Shown here: positions 12,590 to 25,889 of the stretch, in pieces
Position numbering within the stretch: the stretch's first letter is position 1
How the letters are laid out: every line of letters begins with the position of its first letter
Source of the DNA: Ginglymostoma cirratum
Lineage: Eukaryota
Length of the DNA: 64,000 nt
NCBI GenBank assembly: GCA_024137785.1
Contig: JAHRHZ010000133.1
Span: forward strand, 22,378,792-22,442,791
Direction of reading: 5' to 3'
Translations under genes and position numbers: made by a program
Notes under the pieces: generated by a model
Seen by the model: the letters and a program-made list of their open reading frames with translations, nothing else
Told to the model about the DNA's origin: nothing
The model's database searches: none

Positions 12590-12907
12590 CCACTTTCAGC
12601 TGAGACGTTAAACCAAGGCCCTGTTAGGCCTCTCAAGTAGATTTACGAGATCCCAAGGCACTAATGTGAAAAAACACAGGAATGTTAATTTTGATATCCT
12701 GACCCATATTTATCCCTCAACCAGCATCACAAAACAGATTAACTGGTCATTATCTCATTGCCGTTGGTGGGAGCTTGTTGTGCATAATTTAGTTACTGTG
12801 TATCCTATATTAGAGCATTGACTACACTTCAAAATGTAATTAGCTGGCTGCAAAGCACTTTGGGACAGCCACTGGTCATGGAAGGTAAGAGATAAATGCA
12901 AGTCCTT
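12590..12907 (+). mobile_element. Deu-domain SINE (SacSINE1/AmnSINE1-like), 3' part
   Basis: tgagacgttaaaccaaggccc...atatttatccctcaaccagcatcacaaaacagattaactggtcattatctcattg...actacacttcaaaa...ataaatgcaagtc matches the recalled DeuSINE consensus. Confidence 0.8.
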
Positions 12908-13216
12908 CATTTTTGGACTTTTGATGATTTATTCTATCACTTCAATAATAAGAGTAATTGGACAGAAAGTGGGCAGGGACAGGCAAGATAAGGCTATGCC
13001 ATAAAGATGTACAGCCCCTCACTGGAGGATAAGGAGAAGAGACACACAACTGGGCTTTGGAACACGTCAACCACACTCTGCCACCTAGACAACTTACTAT
13101 CCATGTTAGTCGATCAGAGTTAGGGAAACAATGCCTATTTGCACTGAAGTTATACTGTGTCTGAGAGTTAAATTGTTGATTACTGTAAAAAAAAAGACTG
13201 ACAAAAAAAAATGATT

Positions 13217-13346
13217 TTCTGATGAAGGGTCCAGGCCTGAAACGTCAAGTTTTCCTGCTCCTATGATGCTGCTTGACCTGCTGTGTTCATCCAGCCCCAC
13301 GCTTGTTATCTCGGATTTTCCAGCATCTGCAGTACCTTTTATCTCT
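13217..13346 (+). mobile_element. Penelope-like terminal-repeat fragment (family A) with minimal hammerhead core
   Basis: CTGATGA(13219-25)-aGGGTccagGCCT-GAAA(13239-42)-CG-TC, followed by sequence shared with the copies at 23092-23243 and 45600-45690. Confidence 0.75.
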
Positions 13347-15715
13347 CACACATTTTAGCTTCCTGCCTTCCACCGTAAAAACTCTACCTAACTTCGTAAC
13401 AACAGTTAGCATGTGAATACCTCAAGAAAATCACGTTAAACAGCTCCAACAATTGAAAAAATTTCTTCTGCATATGTGTCTTTAACATACTCCTCCTCCA
13501 CTAAGTTATCTCCTTGTTATGCATTGTCTTCTTCCTCAGGCTGCTTCACTTTGACACCTTGTTGAATGCCAAAGTTGTGTTGTAGATTTTGATGAGATAA
13601 GATTATATTACAGGTAGCCATCTGAATGCCCAGGTGTTTACACACCTATTGCCTGTTTGATGATGACTTGGTTTGGTATATGTTCAATCTACTAGCCAAG
13701 CATGATTGCAATGGAGGTACATTACCTGGAACTACACATAGTACAATTAGCTTCTTAGGAGCCAACTTTGCACAATTCATTCTAGATCAAATAATGGTGA
13801 TGTGCTTGATTAGCTTAAAGTAAAGGCTTCAGGATTGCTGTGTAGGTAGCAAACCATTTTGATCCTGAGCAGATTGTAGCACATTAGTAGAGACGTAATC
13901 CCTTGTGGTCATGAATGAGCATCTGAAGCACATTGGGCCATTTGGGTGCCATCAATAACATCCTGGACCTTGGGTAACCTTGCTACTTGAAAAATTCTTC
14001 ATTCCATTGCCAGTTGTCTGCAGGGATTGGGAAATGTTACCTCTTGCAAACAATTCATCATTCACCTGTTCCATACATACATGGATTGCAGATTAACTGA
14101 TGTCCCTTGTAGCAAACTTAGTTTGAGGTGGACATGGTAAGCAGACCTGGAATTTGGTCACTGCTCAGACTGTAACATAGATATATCTCAGTGAATCCAA
14201 GCCTCAATGTCCTCTGACAAGCCCAGCTAAGATCAGATCACCTGTATACACAGATGTAATTTGCAGCAATACAGGAGTCTGATTTTTAATGTGTAGATGG
14301 ATTGCTCTGTTGATAATCTACTCAGTTTGTAAATAGAGAGATTCCATTTAACCTATTTTTAGATATCTTACCCACTAACAAATTATTTGTCAGCATTAAC
14401 ACTGAACCTGCAAACACTCTAACAACTGAACTGAAACAAATAAACCAAGGAATACCAAAAACCAACTGAATGGAAAAATATTAAACTGTCTTTTAAAATA
14501 TTGAGCCTAACAACTTTGGATGACCAATTTAGATTCATGCTCATGTAAAGGTCAGAAAACATCATTCAAGTCTAAATGCCATCACTTTTATCCATGAGCA
14601 TAATGCTGTAAAATTTCCACCCAATTCTGGCAAGGGATTCTTACGCTTCATACTAAACAAGCCACAAATGCAGATCATTAGTTGACACTGAGCTGAAGTG
14701 ACCAATGCCCACATTTACAGTTCATTAGGCTGTGATTGCACTTAGCGACAGAACTGCATTAGGGCAACAACATTTGAAATCGTTAACACAATAAGAAATG
14801 CAAACTAAGAAACTATGGAACAATATATTTTGGCCTTTAGCTTGCTCCTTACAACAACTATTTGAAACAATCATACCTTAAACTGTTATCTTTAAGGATT
14901 TCCAAGGAATTAATCTCTGATATGTTTTTGATGGGCGTCTATCCGACATGGTTTCAAGAAATTTCTTGCCTTTTCCAGAGCTTAACAATTTCACCTTCAT
15001 GTTTCTCAGCTGCATTATCACAATTTAAGTTCAACAACCTGTTTGTATCCACATTACCTATCCTTCAACATTATAAAGACATGCACCATGATCCCTCACT
15101 TACTTTACTAATGCATGAATAAATTTAATTCCGTCAGTTTCCAGAATTTGGAATCCCTGGAAATTCCCTTGCCCTTCTGCTGTGAGCACTTTCAACAGTA
15201 TCAATATTCTTTTAAAGGTAAATTGTCAAAAATGGCACAGAGTATCGTACATGTTGCCTTAAGCATAATCCATAGGGATCCTCAGGCAGTCATCTTACGG
15301 CAACAATCGAATGAGAGAGGAGAAAAATCTGCAAGTGTTTTTCCTATTGATTGCTATCCAGTAGCCTGTCTTGGTAGTGTGCCTAGGAATGGAAAGCAGC
15401 ATTGGACTTGACTGTGACAATCTTGCATTTGACTGATTTGGATATTTTACCTTGTTAAAGACACTATCTAAATACAGGCTGTTGTAATATAGCTGTAATT
15501 GCCATGCATGAATACAGTAATTGCCATGGATAAAATACTCCACATTGTTTGGTGTCTTAAAACCATAACCTCTGCAAAAATTCAAAATCAACATCTTAAA
15601 GCTATAAGATTAATGTTGAGGGATGATAAAAGCAAACACAGACTGACAATGGAGCAATTCATTATGAGTACAAGAATAAAAGCAAAGTATTGCATTGCAG
15701 GATATCTGTAGAAAA

Positions 15716-15912
15716 AGTAAGAATTGCTGGAGAAACACAGCAGATCTGGCAGCGTCTGTGGGGAAAGAAACAGTCAATGTTTCGGGTTCAGTGTGACTGT
15801 TCTTCAGAACTAGTGGAGACGAATCATTTTGGATTCAAAGCATGAACTCTGTTTCTCCACAGATCCTAACAGACCTGCTGAATTTCTCCAGCACTTTTCT
15901 GTTTTTATTTCA
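15716..15912. mobile_element. Penelope-like inverted (palindromic) repeat unit, family B
   Basis: Left arm gaattgctggagaaacacagcagatctg is approximately the reverse complement of right arm cagacctgctgaatttctccagcact. Minus-strand CTGAAGA...GAAA core at ~15775-15808. Confidence 0.7.
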
Positions 15913-16027
15913 CAATTAACATAACTTACCTTGATTTGTGATCAATTTAAATATCCATGAGCCAGGGGCAGAGTGGGGCTGTGGATTAGTACCATATTTT
16001 TGGGACATTTGAATCTGCCTCTGATTA

Positions 16028-16655
16028 ATAGAGTCATAGAGTGCACAGAATGGAAAAAGAGCCCTTCAGTCCAACTTGTTCATGCCAACCAAATATCCTA
16101 AATTAACCTAGTCTCATTTGCTAGCATTTGGCCCAAATCCACAAACCCCTCCTATTCATATATTCATCCAGATGCCTTTTAAATGTTGTAATTGTACCAG
16201 TCTCCACCACTTCCTTTGGCAGCTAATTACACACACGCACCACCCTTTGCGGGAAAAAGTTGTTCCTTAGCTCCCTTTTAAATCTTTTGCCTCTCATCTT
16301 AAACCTATGCCCTCTAGTTTTGGACTCCACTACCCTGGGCAAAAGACCAAGGGTCTATTTACCCTATCCATGCCCTTCATGACTTTATAAACCTCTATAA
16401 AGGTCATGCCTCAGCCTCCGACACTCGAGGAAAAATACCCCCAGCCTATTCAGCTTTTCCCTCTTGTTCAAACCTTCCAACCTCAGCAACATTCTTGTAA
16501 ATCTTTTCTAAACCCTTTCAAGTTTCACGACATCCTTTCTGTAGCAGGGAGACCAGAACTGAACATAGTATTCCAATAGCGGCCTAAGCAAAGTCCTGTA
16601 CAGCCACACCATGGCCTCCCAACTCCTCTACACAATGCACTGACCAATAAAGTGA
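16028..16655 (-). mobile_element. CR1 LINE 3' end
   Basis: atagagtcatagag tail plus typical CR1 3' sequence (aaacctatgccctctagttttggactcc). Same subfamily as 57428-57895. Confidence 0.85.
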
Positions 16656-17219
16656 AAGATACTCTTTCATCCAATCCTAATACAAAGGCCTGAATTTCCC
16701 GAGTACAAACCTGCGGGAAGGAATTGTGGCTTCTGACAACAGATAATGGAGCATTATGGGCAAACTGGTAATGTTTCCTGCCCACTGGAATTGTTACACT
16801 GCATGAACTCGTATTATGCATGGTTCTTCACCTCCAGCATATATATAAAGTTTAGACCTTTAGGACAAAAATGTTCACTTCCCCCAGTATCAGCATCCTT
16901 TAATCACTAAATAGACACCCATCAAGACACTTTCTTAAGCTTATTGATGAGGATTCTATATTAACTTTTATACTTTGAGTGAAATAATTGCTGTTCACCA
17001 ATAATTTTCAATAAACAGCAGCCAATTCCAGTTCCTATTCCAATGTTCATCAATAAACACTACCTCACACAACACATCTAACCTGGAATAGCAACATCTA
17101 CCATTTGCCTAGAGCATCAGGAAATACTGAACACATCCTTGTAATCTTAATAAAGCTTTGGTGGTCTGTGACTATTTGCTGTTATTGCCACAGTCCAACC
17201 AGCTAGTTTGCATTAGTAT

Positions 17220-17702
17220 GAACAAAAACAGTGCTAGAAACATGCAGCAGCTCCAGCAGCGTCTGTGGAGGGATGTTAGTTTAATGACTTTGCATTAGAA
17301 TTAGAACAAGTTGGAAATAGAACAGATTTTAATCAAGTGAAAGGGAGAGGGTGGAAAAGGAACAAAAGGAAGGTCTGTGATAGGATGGAAGACAGAAGAG
17401 ATTAAATAAGAATTGATAAGAAATAAGAACAAGTGAAGAAACAAAATATGTGCCTAGAGGCATTGTGAATGGCAAAAAAGGTTGACAGCTGCATTCAGAA
17501 AGCAAGAATAAAGAAAGTAAGACATAAACCAATAACAAGGAAATCAAATGGGGGTGGTGGTGGGGGTGGTGGGGTGGGGTGGGGTGGGGTGGGGGGCTAG
17601 ATTATGGCCTGATGATATCGTACTTAGCGAGGAGCTTGTAAAACTCTAAAGTACTGAAATGAAAGATGAGGTGCTGTGTATCAAGCTCGTGTTGAGCTTC
17701 AA
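17220..17702 (-). mobile_element. Older Penelope-like fragment (terminal repeat plus internal purine-rich sequence)
   Basis: Begins with a degenerate family-B arm (gtgctagaaacatgcagcagctccagcagcgtctgtggag) and continues into aaggaacaaaaggaaggtctgtgatagg. Confidence 0.55.
17550..17596 (+). repeat. (GGGGT)n G-rich tract, G-quadruplex-capable
   Basis: Seven runs of at least 4 G with 1-7 nt loops. Confidence 0.85.
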
Positions 17703-17974
17703 TATAATTACTATTTATCTTCTCTAAATGCTCAACTTGAATCAAATATAAACTGCACGGAAGTGATACTATTTTAAGAACTCAATGGGCTGAATGGTCA
17801 CCTTTTGTGCTATATGTGCCTCTTAGTATGTGTTTGTGCATCTTTGTCTCTCTAAAGCAAAATAATACTTGTTTAAAATAACTTCCTGCGCTGAATATTA
17901 ACTTTAAATCCATGTGGATGTCACTCAGTACTCACACACTGATCACATGACACAAAGGATCAACACCACCAACC

Positions 17975-18320
17975 TATTACTAATGTAGAGCCTTTACCAA
18001 GGTAAAATATCCCAATATACTTCACAGGACTGTTATAAAGCAACGAGGGAGGTAATTGGGGAGCTAGGCTAAATCATGATCTAGATTCAGGTCTTCGGTG
18101 TGTTTTGGTGAAGGAAAAAGAGGTTGAGAAGTGGAGACATTGAAGAAGGGCATTTCAGAGTTTTGGGTCTGTGCAGCTGAAAGCATGGCCACTAATGATG
18201 TGGCATCTGTATCTCTTGAAGGTTGTGGGACTGGAGGAGATTTCAAAGATGGGAAGGGGCAAAACCTTGGAAGGATTTGAAAACAGTAGTGTAAGTTTCA
18301 AAATTGAGGTGTTGCTTGTT
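17975..18320 (-). mobile_element. L2-like LINE 3' fragment
   Basis: Resembles the common fish/shark L2 3' end (gcatttcagag...gcagctgaaagcatggcc...ggatttgaaaac). Related remnants at ~19045-19330, ~56600-56860 and ~57900-58030. Confidence 0.55.
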
Positions 18321-19939
18321 AGATTGCCTTGCCACAGCTAAGTAAATAGATTTTATTTTGTGTGGTGATCGTCACTGAGAATATGAGAAAGCTGCATGTT
18401 GAGGAAAGCAATTATGTCCCTTGTAACTGCTGGTCTGCTGAACTTGGTTCTAGCAAGTAAGAACCAAATAAGCTTCTGTGATGTGCAAGATGCAAAGCAG
18501 GACGTGGTTTGCCAGCATTCATGTTGAATGTGAAATATTATTCACTGTAGTGTCTTTATTTATGTGATCCGATTAAAAGGTCTTTGATCTTTGGACTGGC
18601 TTCTGCTGATGCAGGGTTTTATGTCTTTAACTCTGTTTTGTTGAAAGCCATGTCCATAGAACATTCATGATGAATGATGCTTTAGATTCATATAAACAAC
18701 TGAGATTTGCTAAGTCGACTGTATACAGTATATAGCAAATTTCCTGTATCTTGATACACAATTACTTTGAAGTATGCTTAATGATTAATATGTAGAGATC
18801 TACAGACAGACTGGTGGTTACATATTTCAGCATAAGTCCTTCAAATTGGCCTGACGTGCCGACAAAACATGCAGTGATGTTGTCTGCAAGTTTTACATTA
18901 ATTTAGGAAAGCATTTCCAACATCTATTCACAGTTCTCACTGTGGAGACCATGAATTCCTAGCAGGTTAACTCAAATGCACTGTGTATCAAATGTCGTGT
19001 TCATATTATTTATAACTCGAGCTTTGTTGGGTTCACCTTCAAGAGCAACAATTTGCATTGTTATATAGTGCCTATAACCTAAAAATATCCCTAGCATTTT
19101 ACGAATAGTCACAATGAAAAGAGATTATGAAAAGTGACCAAAAGCAAGGATGAAAAGAGAATGCAAGGGTGAAGACATGGTAGTAAAAGGGTAGGGCGAA
19201 ACCACAGAGTGATTTATAGGCAAGGACAAGATCATGTATTAAATGTGTGGGAAAAGGAACCAATGTAAGTCAAAAAAGATGATGGGAAGTCAGATTGATG
19301 AAGTATACAGCATTTGCAGTAGGATTTTTAGAAAATTAGAGGAGAATATATCCCAAAATGCATGAACATATAAAAAAAAATGTAGTGTTCCTCAACTTCC
19401 AAGGCTATTAATAAATTATGATTCTTTTACAACGTGGGAGTTGTATCTAACAGGGATAGTAATTGTCCAAAAAGGACAGAGTTGAGGGACGTGAGCAGCT
19501 AATTGCAGAAGAGTGATGTTGAGGGGGTGGCTCATCAGTTTTGGCTGGCAGCCTCTTATAGTAAAATAAAATCACACTCTGAAATATTGTATTCATAGAG
19601 ACAAGGAAATGGTTGCTGCAACATAAAGCAATCATAAAACTGAGACAGGAGAACAATTATACTGATTGCTAGCATCAGTGGAAAGAACTAGCTTATAAAC
19701 CTCCATAAGGGTAGTGCTTTTTACCCGAAAAGATAGATGTCTGAGAAGTTGTCTTATTGAGGTACATTGATACTAAAGTAAAGAAAGCAAACCTGAATCG
19801 ATACTTTCAAATTTACCAGGGCAAGACAGCACAGGCCCAGTGTTGTGAAAGTAAGCAACAGGAAGAGATGATCATTAACATTGCAATAGACCTTCACATA
19901 AGGATGAAATATCCAACAACTCAATTGCTTAAAACCATT

Positions 19940-20420
19940 TAATAAAAGCAAATGGAAAGCTGGCGCTGTGGTTTGGGGAGGTATGCGACAATTATGATAT
20001 AATTTGAAACTGTTTACAAATCTTAACTGTTAATGTAGTATATGCACGTTGGGTTCCATACTATAGGGAGGATGTTGAGTTAATAATGTGAGTATAGCAC
20101 AGATTTATGAAGTGTTGCCTGGTATAAGAAGACAGTCTTCAAAATTTGAACTAATTTTATTAAAGTATACAATATTATTTTGTTTATTTATAGGATTGAA
20201 TAAAAGAACAAAGATGCAAATAACAAATAAGTCTTGCTTCGGTTGTTAGAACATTGCTGAGCCTGTACCTAGAATATTATGTGTAGCTGTGGTCCACTTG
20301 CTGAAGAAAGGATAGACATACCGTCCAGGGAGTGCAGAGAGGTTCACCAGACTGATGCCTGGAATGGCGAGACTGTCTTATGAGGAGTGATTGGGAAGGT
20401 TAGGCCTGTATTCTCAAGGA
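19940..20420 (+). mobile_element. Two decayed CR1 ORF2 3' fragments
   Basis: ctagaatattatgtgtagctgtggtcc...gtgcagagaggttcaccagactgatgcctggaatg, i.e. LEYCVQxWSP / VQRRFTRLxPG-like. Confidence 0.75.
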
Positions 20421-20439
20421 CAGGGGGAGGGGGAGGGGG

Positions 20440-22830
20440 GTCCTTGCCTTTGCAGTATCCAGTGTCTTTGGTCATTTATTTTGATATCAAGTAGATTGAA
20501 TTGAATTGGCTGAATACTGGCATCTGTGATCCTCGGCACCTCCAGAGCAGCCCAAGACTGATCATCCACTTTTTGCACTTCTGGCTGATGATTGTTGCAA
20601 ATGCCCTACTTTTTTGCACTAATGTTGAAGATGGGGATACTTGTGGAGCCTTCAGCTCTTCCTGACAAACGTTCAATTGTATCTCAGCTGGATGTGGTAT
20701 GACTGCAGAACTTAGATATAATCTACTGGGTGTGAAATAACTTAGCTTTCTTTATTGCAGGCTGCATCTGCTGCTTGGTATACAGTTGGTTCTGTGTTAT
20801 ACCTTTACCGGACTGATATGTCATTTTTAGAGGACTACTGCATGTCCTCCTGCACTCTTCATTGAATCAGGGTTCACCCCTATTGACTTGATAGTAATGA
20901 TAAAGCAGAGGCTATGTTGTGCCATGAGGTTAGAGATTGCAACTGAACATACAAACATAGAAGAAATATAGATGATAGGAGCAGGAGGAGGCCACTCGGT
21001 CCTTCAAACCTGCTCTGCCATTCATTATGATCATGGCTGACTGTCCAACTCAATAGCCTAATCCTGCTTTCTCTCCATAACCTCTGATCCCATTCACCCC
21101 AAGTGCTATAATCTAGCCACCTGTTAAATACATTCAGTGTTTTGTCATCAACTACTTCCTGTGGTAATGAATTCCACAGGCTCACGATGCTTTGGGTGAA
21201 GAAATATCTCTTTATATCCATTCTAAATTGTCTACCCCAAATCCTCATACTGTGACCCCTGGTTCTAGATACACCCACCATCAGGAACATCTTCCCTGCA
21301 TCTACCCTGTCTAGTCCTGTTGGAAGTTTAAATGTCTCTAATGAGATTCCCCCCGCCCTTCGTCCAGCGAAAAGAATCCTACCCTAGTTAACCTCTCCTC
21401 ATGTCAGTCCCACCATCCCCGGAATCAGCCTGGTAAACCTTCGCTGCACTCCCTCAGGATCAAGAGCATCATTCCTCAGAAAAGGTGATCAAAACTGCAC
21501 ACAGTATTCTCAGTGTGGCCTCACCAAGGCCCTGTACAACTGCAACAACACATTCCTGATCCTGTACTGGAAACCTCACGCAATGACGGCCAACATACCA
21601 TTTGCGTTCTTTACCACCTGCTGCACCTGCATGCTTACCTTCAGTGACTGGGGCACAAGGACACCCAGGTCCAGCTGCACATTCCCCTCTCCCAATTTAC
21701 AGCCAACAAGGTAGTAATCTGCCTTCTTCTTTTTGCTTCTAAAGTGAATAAGCTTACATTTATCCAAATTATACTGCATCTGCCATTGTGCCATCACCCA
21801 ACCTGTCAGATCATGCTGAAGGATCTCTGCATCCTCATCACAGTTCACCCACCCAACTTGGTATCATTTGCAAACTTTGGAATGTTACATTTTGTTCCCT
21901 CATACAAATCATTAATATATATTGAGAGTAGCTGGGGTCCCAGCACTGATCCCAGCAGCACCCCACAAGTTACTGCTTGCCAACATATTCTGCTGCTGCT
22001 GATATACTACAGAAACTCGTAGACACCCAGTTTTCAGTTGCTAGATCTATTCAAAATCTATCATATTTAGCAGGATGATATTGTTATTCACACAATGGAG
22101 ACTATCAGTGCATAAATTCAACTTTTTCTCCAAAATAACTGCTCACTGGTTGCTCCTACCAATACTGACAAAAACCTGTCTACAACAGTTAGATTTATGA
22201 GAATTCAGTCAAACAGGTTTTTCCCTCTTGTTGGTTTCCTCAACACCACTACAAATCCAGCCAAGCGGCTATTTGCTATTGAATTTGGTCAGCTTGGTCA
22301 ATAGTGGTGTTAGCGAGTCACTGTTGGTGATGGGCATTGAAGTTACGCACCAAGAGAATGCCACCCTCAGAGCTTCTTCCAATGGGTGGTTAACGTGAAG
22401 GAGAACAAATCCATCATCGCAGTATTTGGTGACAATCAACAGAAGCTTCTCTTGGCTTCTTGGACCTAATGCTATGAAATTTCATGGGGTACAGAGTCAA
22501 TTTTGAGGACATCCATGGCTACCTCCCTCCTGACTGTAAACTGCTGTGCTGTCTCCTCTGGTAGGACTGTCTAGCCAGTGAAACAGAGCATACCGCAGGG
22601 ATGGTGATGACGATACCTTAGATATTGTCTGTGAGGTATCATTTGGCGAGTCTGAAAATATGTTAGACTGTTACTTGACCAGCCTGTAGGACAGCTCTCT
22701 CAATAGTTGAACAACTCCAAAATGTTAGTAAGAAGGACTTTAAAGAATCAATAGAACTGGTGTTAACACTGTCATTTCTAGTGCCTAGGTAGATGCCAAA
22801 CAGTCAGTCCAGCTTAATTCCTTTTAGACT
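20440..22830 (-). mobile_element. Decayed LINE (L2/Crack/Daphne-like) split by a younger CR1
   Basis: 20440-20950 and 21985-22830 read as one continuous element. Related sequence occurs at 28375-29350. Clade uncertain. Confidence 0.55.
20952..21981 (-). mobile_element. CR1 LINE, 5'-truncated, nested
   Basis: ORF pieces SRTRGHS..YFFTQSIVSLWNSLPQEVV and WQMQYNLDKCKLIHF..DLGVLV. Flanked by aacata at 20946-20951 and 21982-21987. Confidence 0.92.
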
Positions 22831-23091
22831 TTGATTCATGAATCAAATGGGTTTACCCGCAATTTTGTAGTTGTAATTAGGTTGGATTTAAATTCCAGAT
22901 TTATAAATTGAGATTAATCTCCACGAGCTGCCATTGTGAGACTGGAACCTATGCCACTATAGAATTAGCTGGACCACCGGATTACTAGTGTGGCAATGTT
23001 ACAACTATACCACCATTGCGTATTCTTAAATAGGCAACACAGGTGAAGGGGAGTAGGGAGAGGTGGGGAACAGGACGAACATAAGAAATTA

Positions 23092-23243
23092 AGAGATAAC
23101 AAGGTGTAGAGCTGGATGAAGAAGGGTCTAGGCCCAAAACGTCAGCCTTCCTGCTCCTCTGATGCTGCTTGGCCTGCTGTGTTCATCCAGCTCTACATGT
23201 TGTTATCTCAGATTCTCCAGCATCTGCAGTTCCTACCATCTCC
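23092..23243 (+). mobile_element. Penelope-like family A unit with inverted 5' segment
   Basis: gagataacaaggtgtagagctggatgaa (23093-23120) is approximately the reverse complement of ttcatccagctctacatgttgttatctc (23182-23209). Core is TGAAGA-aGGGTCtaGGCCC-AAAA-CGTC, with GAAA mutated. Confidence 0.75.
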
Positions 23244-25889
23244 ATAAAAAATTAAGACTTTTGTTTTAAGATAAACACTAAGATTGATCAACATGACACA
23301 ACTTGTTTCAGTATTGTAATTTAGGAGTAACTCTAGGTAGGCTAAAACTTCATTTTCCACAGAAAGGCAATTAAGTAAGTTAAGTTTCTCTCACTTTTTT
23401 ATTCTATACGAACCGCACTTCCTTTTCTCTCCTTTATTCAACATTGACTCCTTCTTCCTTTTGGGAGTTTTGCTGGATTCCTCAGCATTTGAATGGCTTG
23501 TGTACATGAACTATGACAATCACTGGACATGATTTATGTTGTAAAACCACAATTAATAAATATCTGTATCAGTACTGTTTATCATTAGCTACCTTCTGTT
23601 CTTGCCTTTTAAAAAAGTCTTAAGGATCATAATTTTCCAAGCAGAAGAAATCAGACATTATGTAGCTAAAGTATTTTGCTTCTTGCAGTAGAATAATTAG
23701 CAGGATAATTTTAAAAGGATATTGCCATGTGAAGGGCATAACATGGCTACTGTCTTTCCAAAACAACATAAACAAAAATAGCAACAAGAAGTATTTCACA
23801 CAGATAGACCTTCTATAAATGGGCTACTGTATCCTAGACATATTTCATTTGATATCAAATAACAAAGTATGCTGAGCATTAAAACCAATTATGGGACCAT
23901 AAATTATATAAAATAAGAAAGCATGAAAAGAGATGTTGAATCTTGGATTTCTCTGGTTGGATTGTAATTGCTTGGAGACGACTGTGTTTAATAATTTTCT
24001 GCAGCAATCACAGTGGTTTCCATTTGGAAGGGACAAAGCAATTACGGTAGTTAAAAACAAACTGTCAGATATATGAAAGAATAAGACTTGGATCTTAACT
24101 CAACTATTAATGACCCAGCAACTTTGCTATAGTTTAACTATTATAAATTTGGTCCAACATTCTGTTGCATTTTATAAATTATTATCCAGGCAACCATGTG
24201 AAATAATATAATGTTTTTATGTAACACCAAGTCTTTTCTGAATTTGCCACGATTTTTGACATTCAACACTTGTTTAAAAGTCATGACATACTTAACTTTC
24301 AAATCTGCTTTGGAAATGGCAAGCCTGTCTGCATTTCCACGATGGTTCAGCAAATATTCTGCAAGTGCGCAGCCTCTGGAAAATGAAACAATACGTAATG
24401 ATATGCGACATACTCTAGTTTTGGAAAAGTCGCCAGTAGTTAATTTGCTATTTGTATTTGACATGGTCATGAAAGAAGGTTGTATGAACACAGAAAAACA
24501 AAAAAGGATATATCAAATGTGAAGACTTTGAAGCAGTGAGGCTTGATCAGTAGATAGTTGGATCTGCACAATGATACAATATTATGCATCAAAGAATTTG
24601 ATATGATCCCATTCTCCAGCTGAGAGGGCAGTCAGCCAAATGTTCCAGGCCTCTGTCAATGTCATTCTGTAATATCATTTTAATTAGGGAGGCTTCCTAT
24701 CTTTTCATGTCTATATGGATTATTTTCCCTCCCTCCATTCAACCGAAAAAAAAAAGTAGTGAGAAAGAAACTCAGAGCTGCACAAAATATTTGGGGTATA
24801 GCGTAAACTAATTGGAGTTGGCACCGTGGATTATGACAAGTGTGTGGCAGAAAGTTTTAAAGCTGCTCAACCTACATTGAACATGAACTAACACTTCCAA
24901 ATGTCCCATCCTCATCGCTTGATCCAGACTATTTCGAGAGGGTTGTGCTGCGACATAGAAACACAGTCGGTTTCAATAATATTAACTCTGCTCTACCACA
25001 CTAGCAGATAGGTTAGTGGAGTGCTGCACACTTTATTAGTTAGACATTTGCCCTAACTGTTCAGCTCAAATTTCTGAAAGCACAAGCTGATCAAAGCTCA
25101 GCAAGGACAATGGAACATATGAAACAGCAGTGAACCAACTGTCTATGAGCCAACCCAGTGAGATTTAAGGAAGAAAGAGGAACCATGGAGAGTGAATGGG
25201 GATGACCCAGAATGAAATCAATTGCAGAAAGAGAATCAGTGGAAAGGACAGTTTGCCTCCAGACAGAGAGAAATAGAAAAGTGAGAAATTATTATTAAAA
25301 GAACTTTCCAACAATTACAGCTTGAAGAGTGATATTTACAGTTTGTATCGTTGCTCTCCTTGTCGGGAGAGGTTGAGTTACACTGAAGGAATATAATTCA
25401 GGATTTCCCCTCCTTAGAAGGACCATGGAAAGTAGCAGGAATGGGAAATAATCAGCTGGGATGGCACCAATGAAATACTTGTTCCCTTCTGGTCACTTCA
25501 GGAATTAAGATCTAGATGGGAAAGCCCATTGTCAGCATTGCCAAACCAATGAATCAATACTCAGAAATTGTCCATTAATGAACACATAAGGGCCTTATCT
25601 CACCATAAGTCTAATACCTGGTAGATGACAAAATTGGCAGCCTTTCTGACTGCTAAACCAAGGAAGCCTGCCTGCCACATTAGTGGGGACAAGATACGAA
25701 TTGCTGTAATCTGGGGATAAATGGAAACATGGATGGGGAAGAGGTTAGATTGAGGAGGGTAGATGATGAAAGCCATTCTTTTGCTATTGTATCCAACTTT
25801 CCTTTCCCTATGACCTGAGAGCCTTCTTCCCTAAAAAATATTGCTGACTTTCCCACTGCTTCTGGTCTTCCTCTGCTGCTGGTCATGAG

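Noticed and set aside
24141-24522. Overlapping ORFs longer than 100 aa on both strands
   Set aside because: No protein similarity or splice context recognised. Likely chance.
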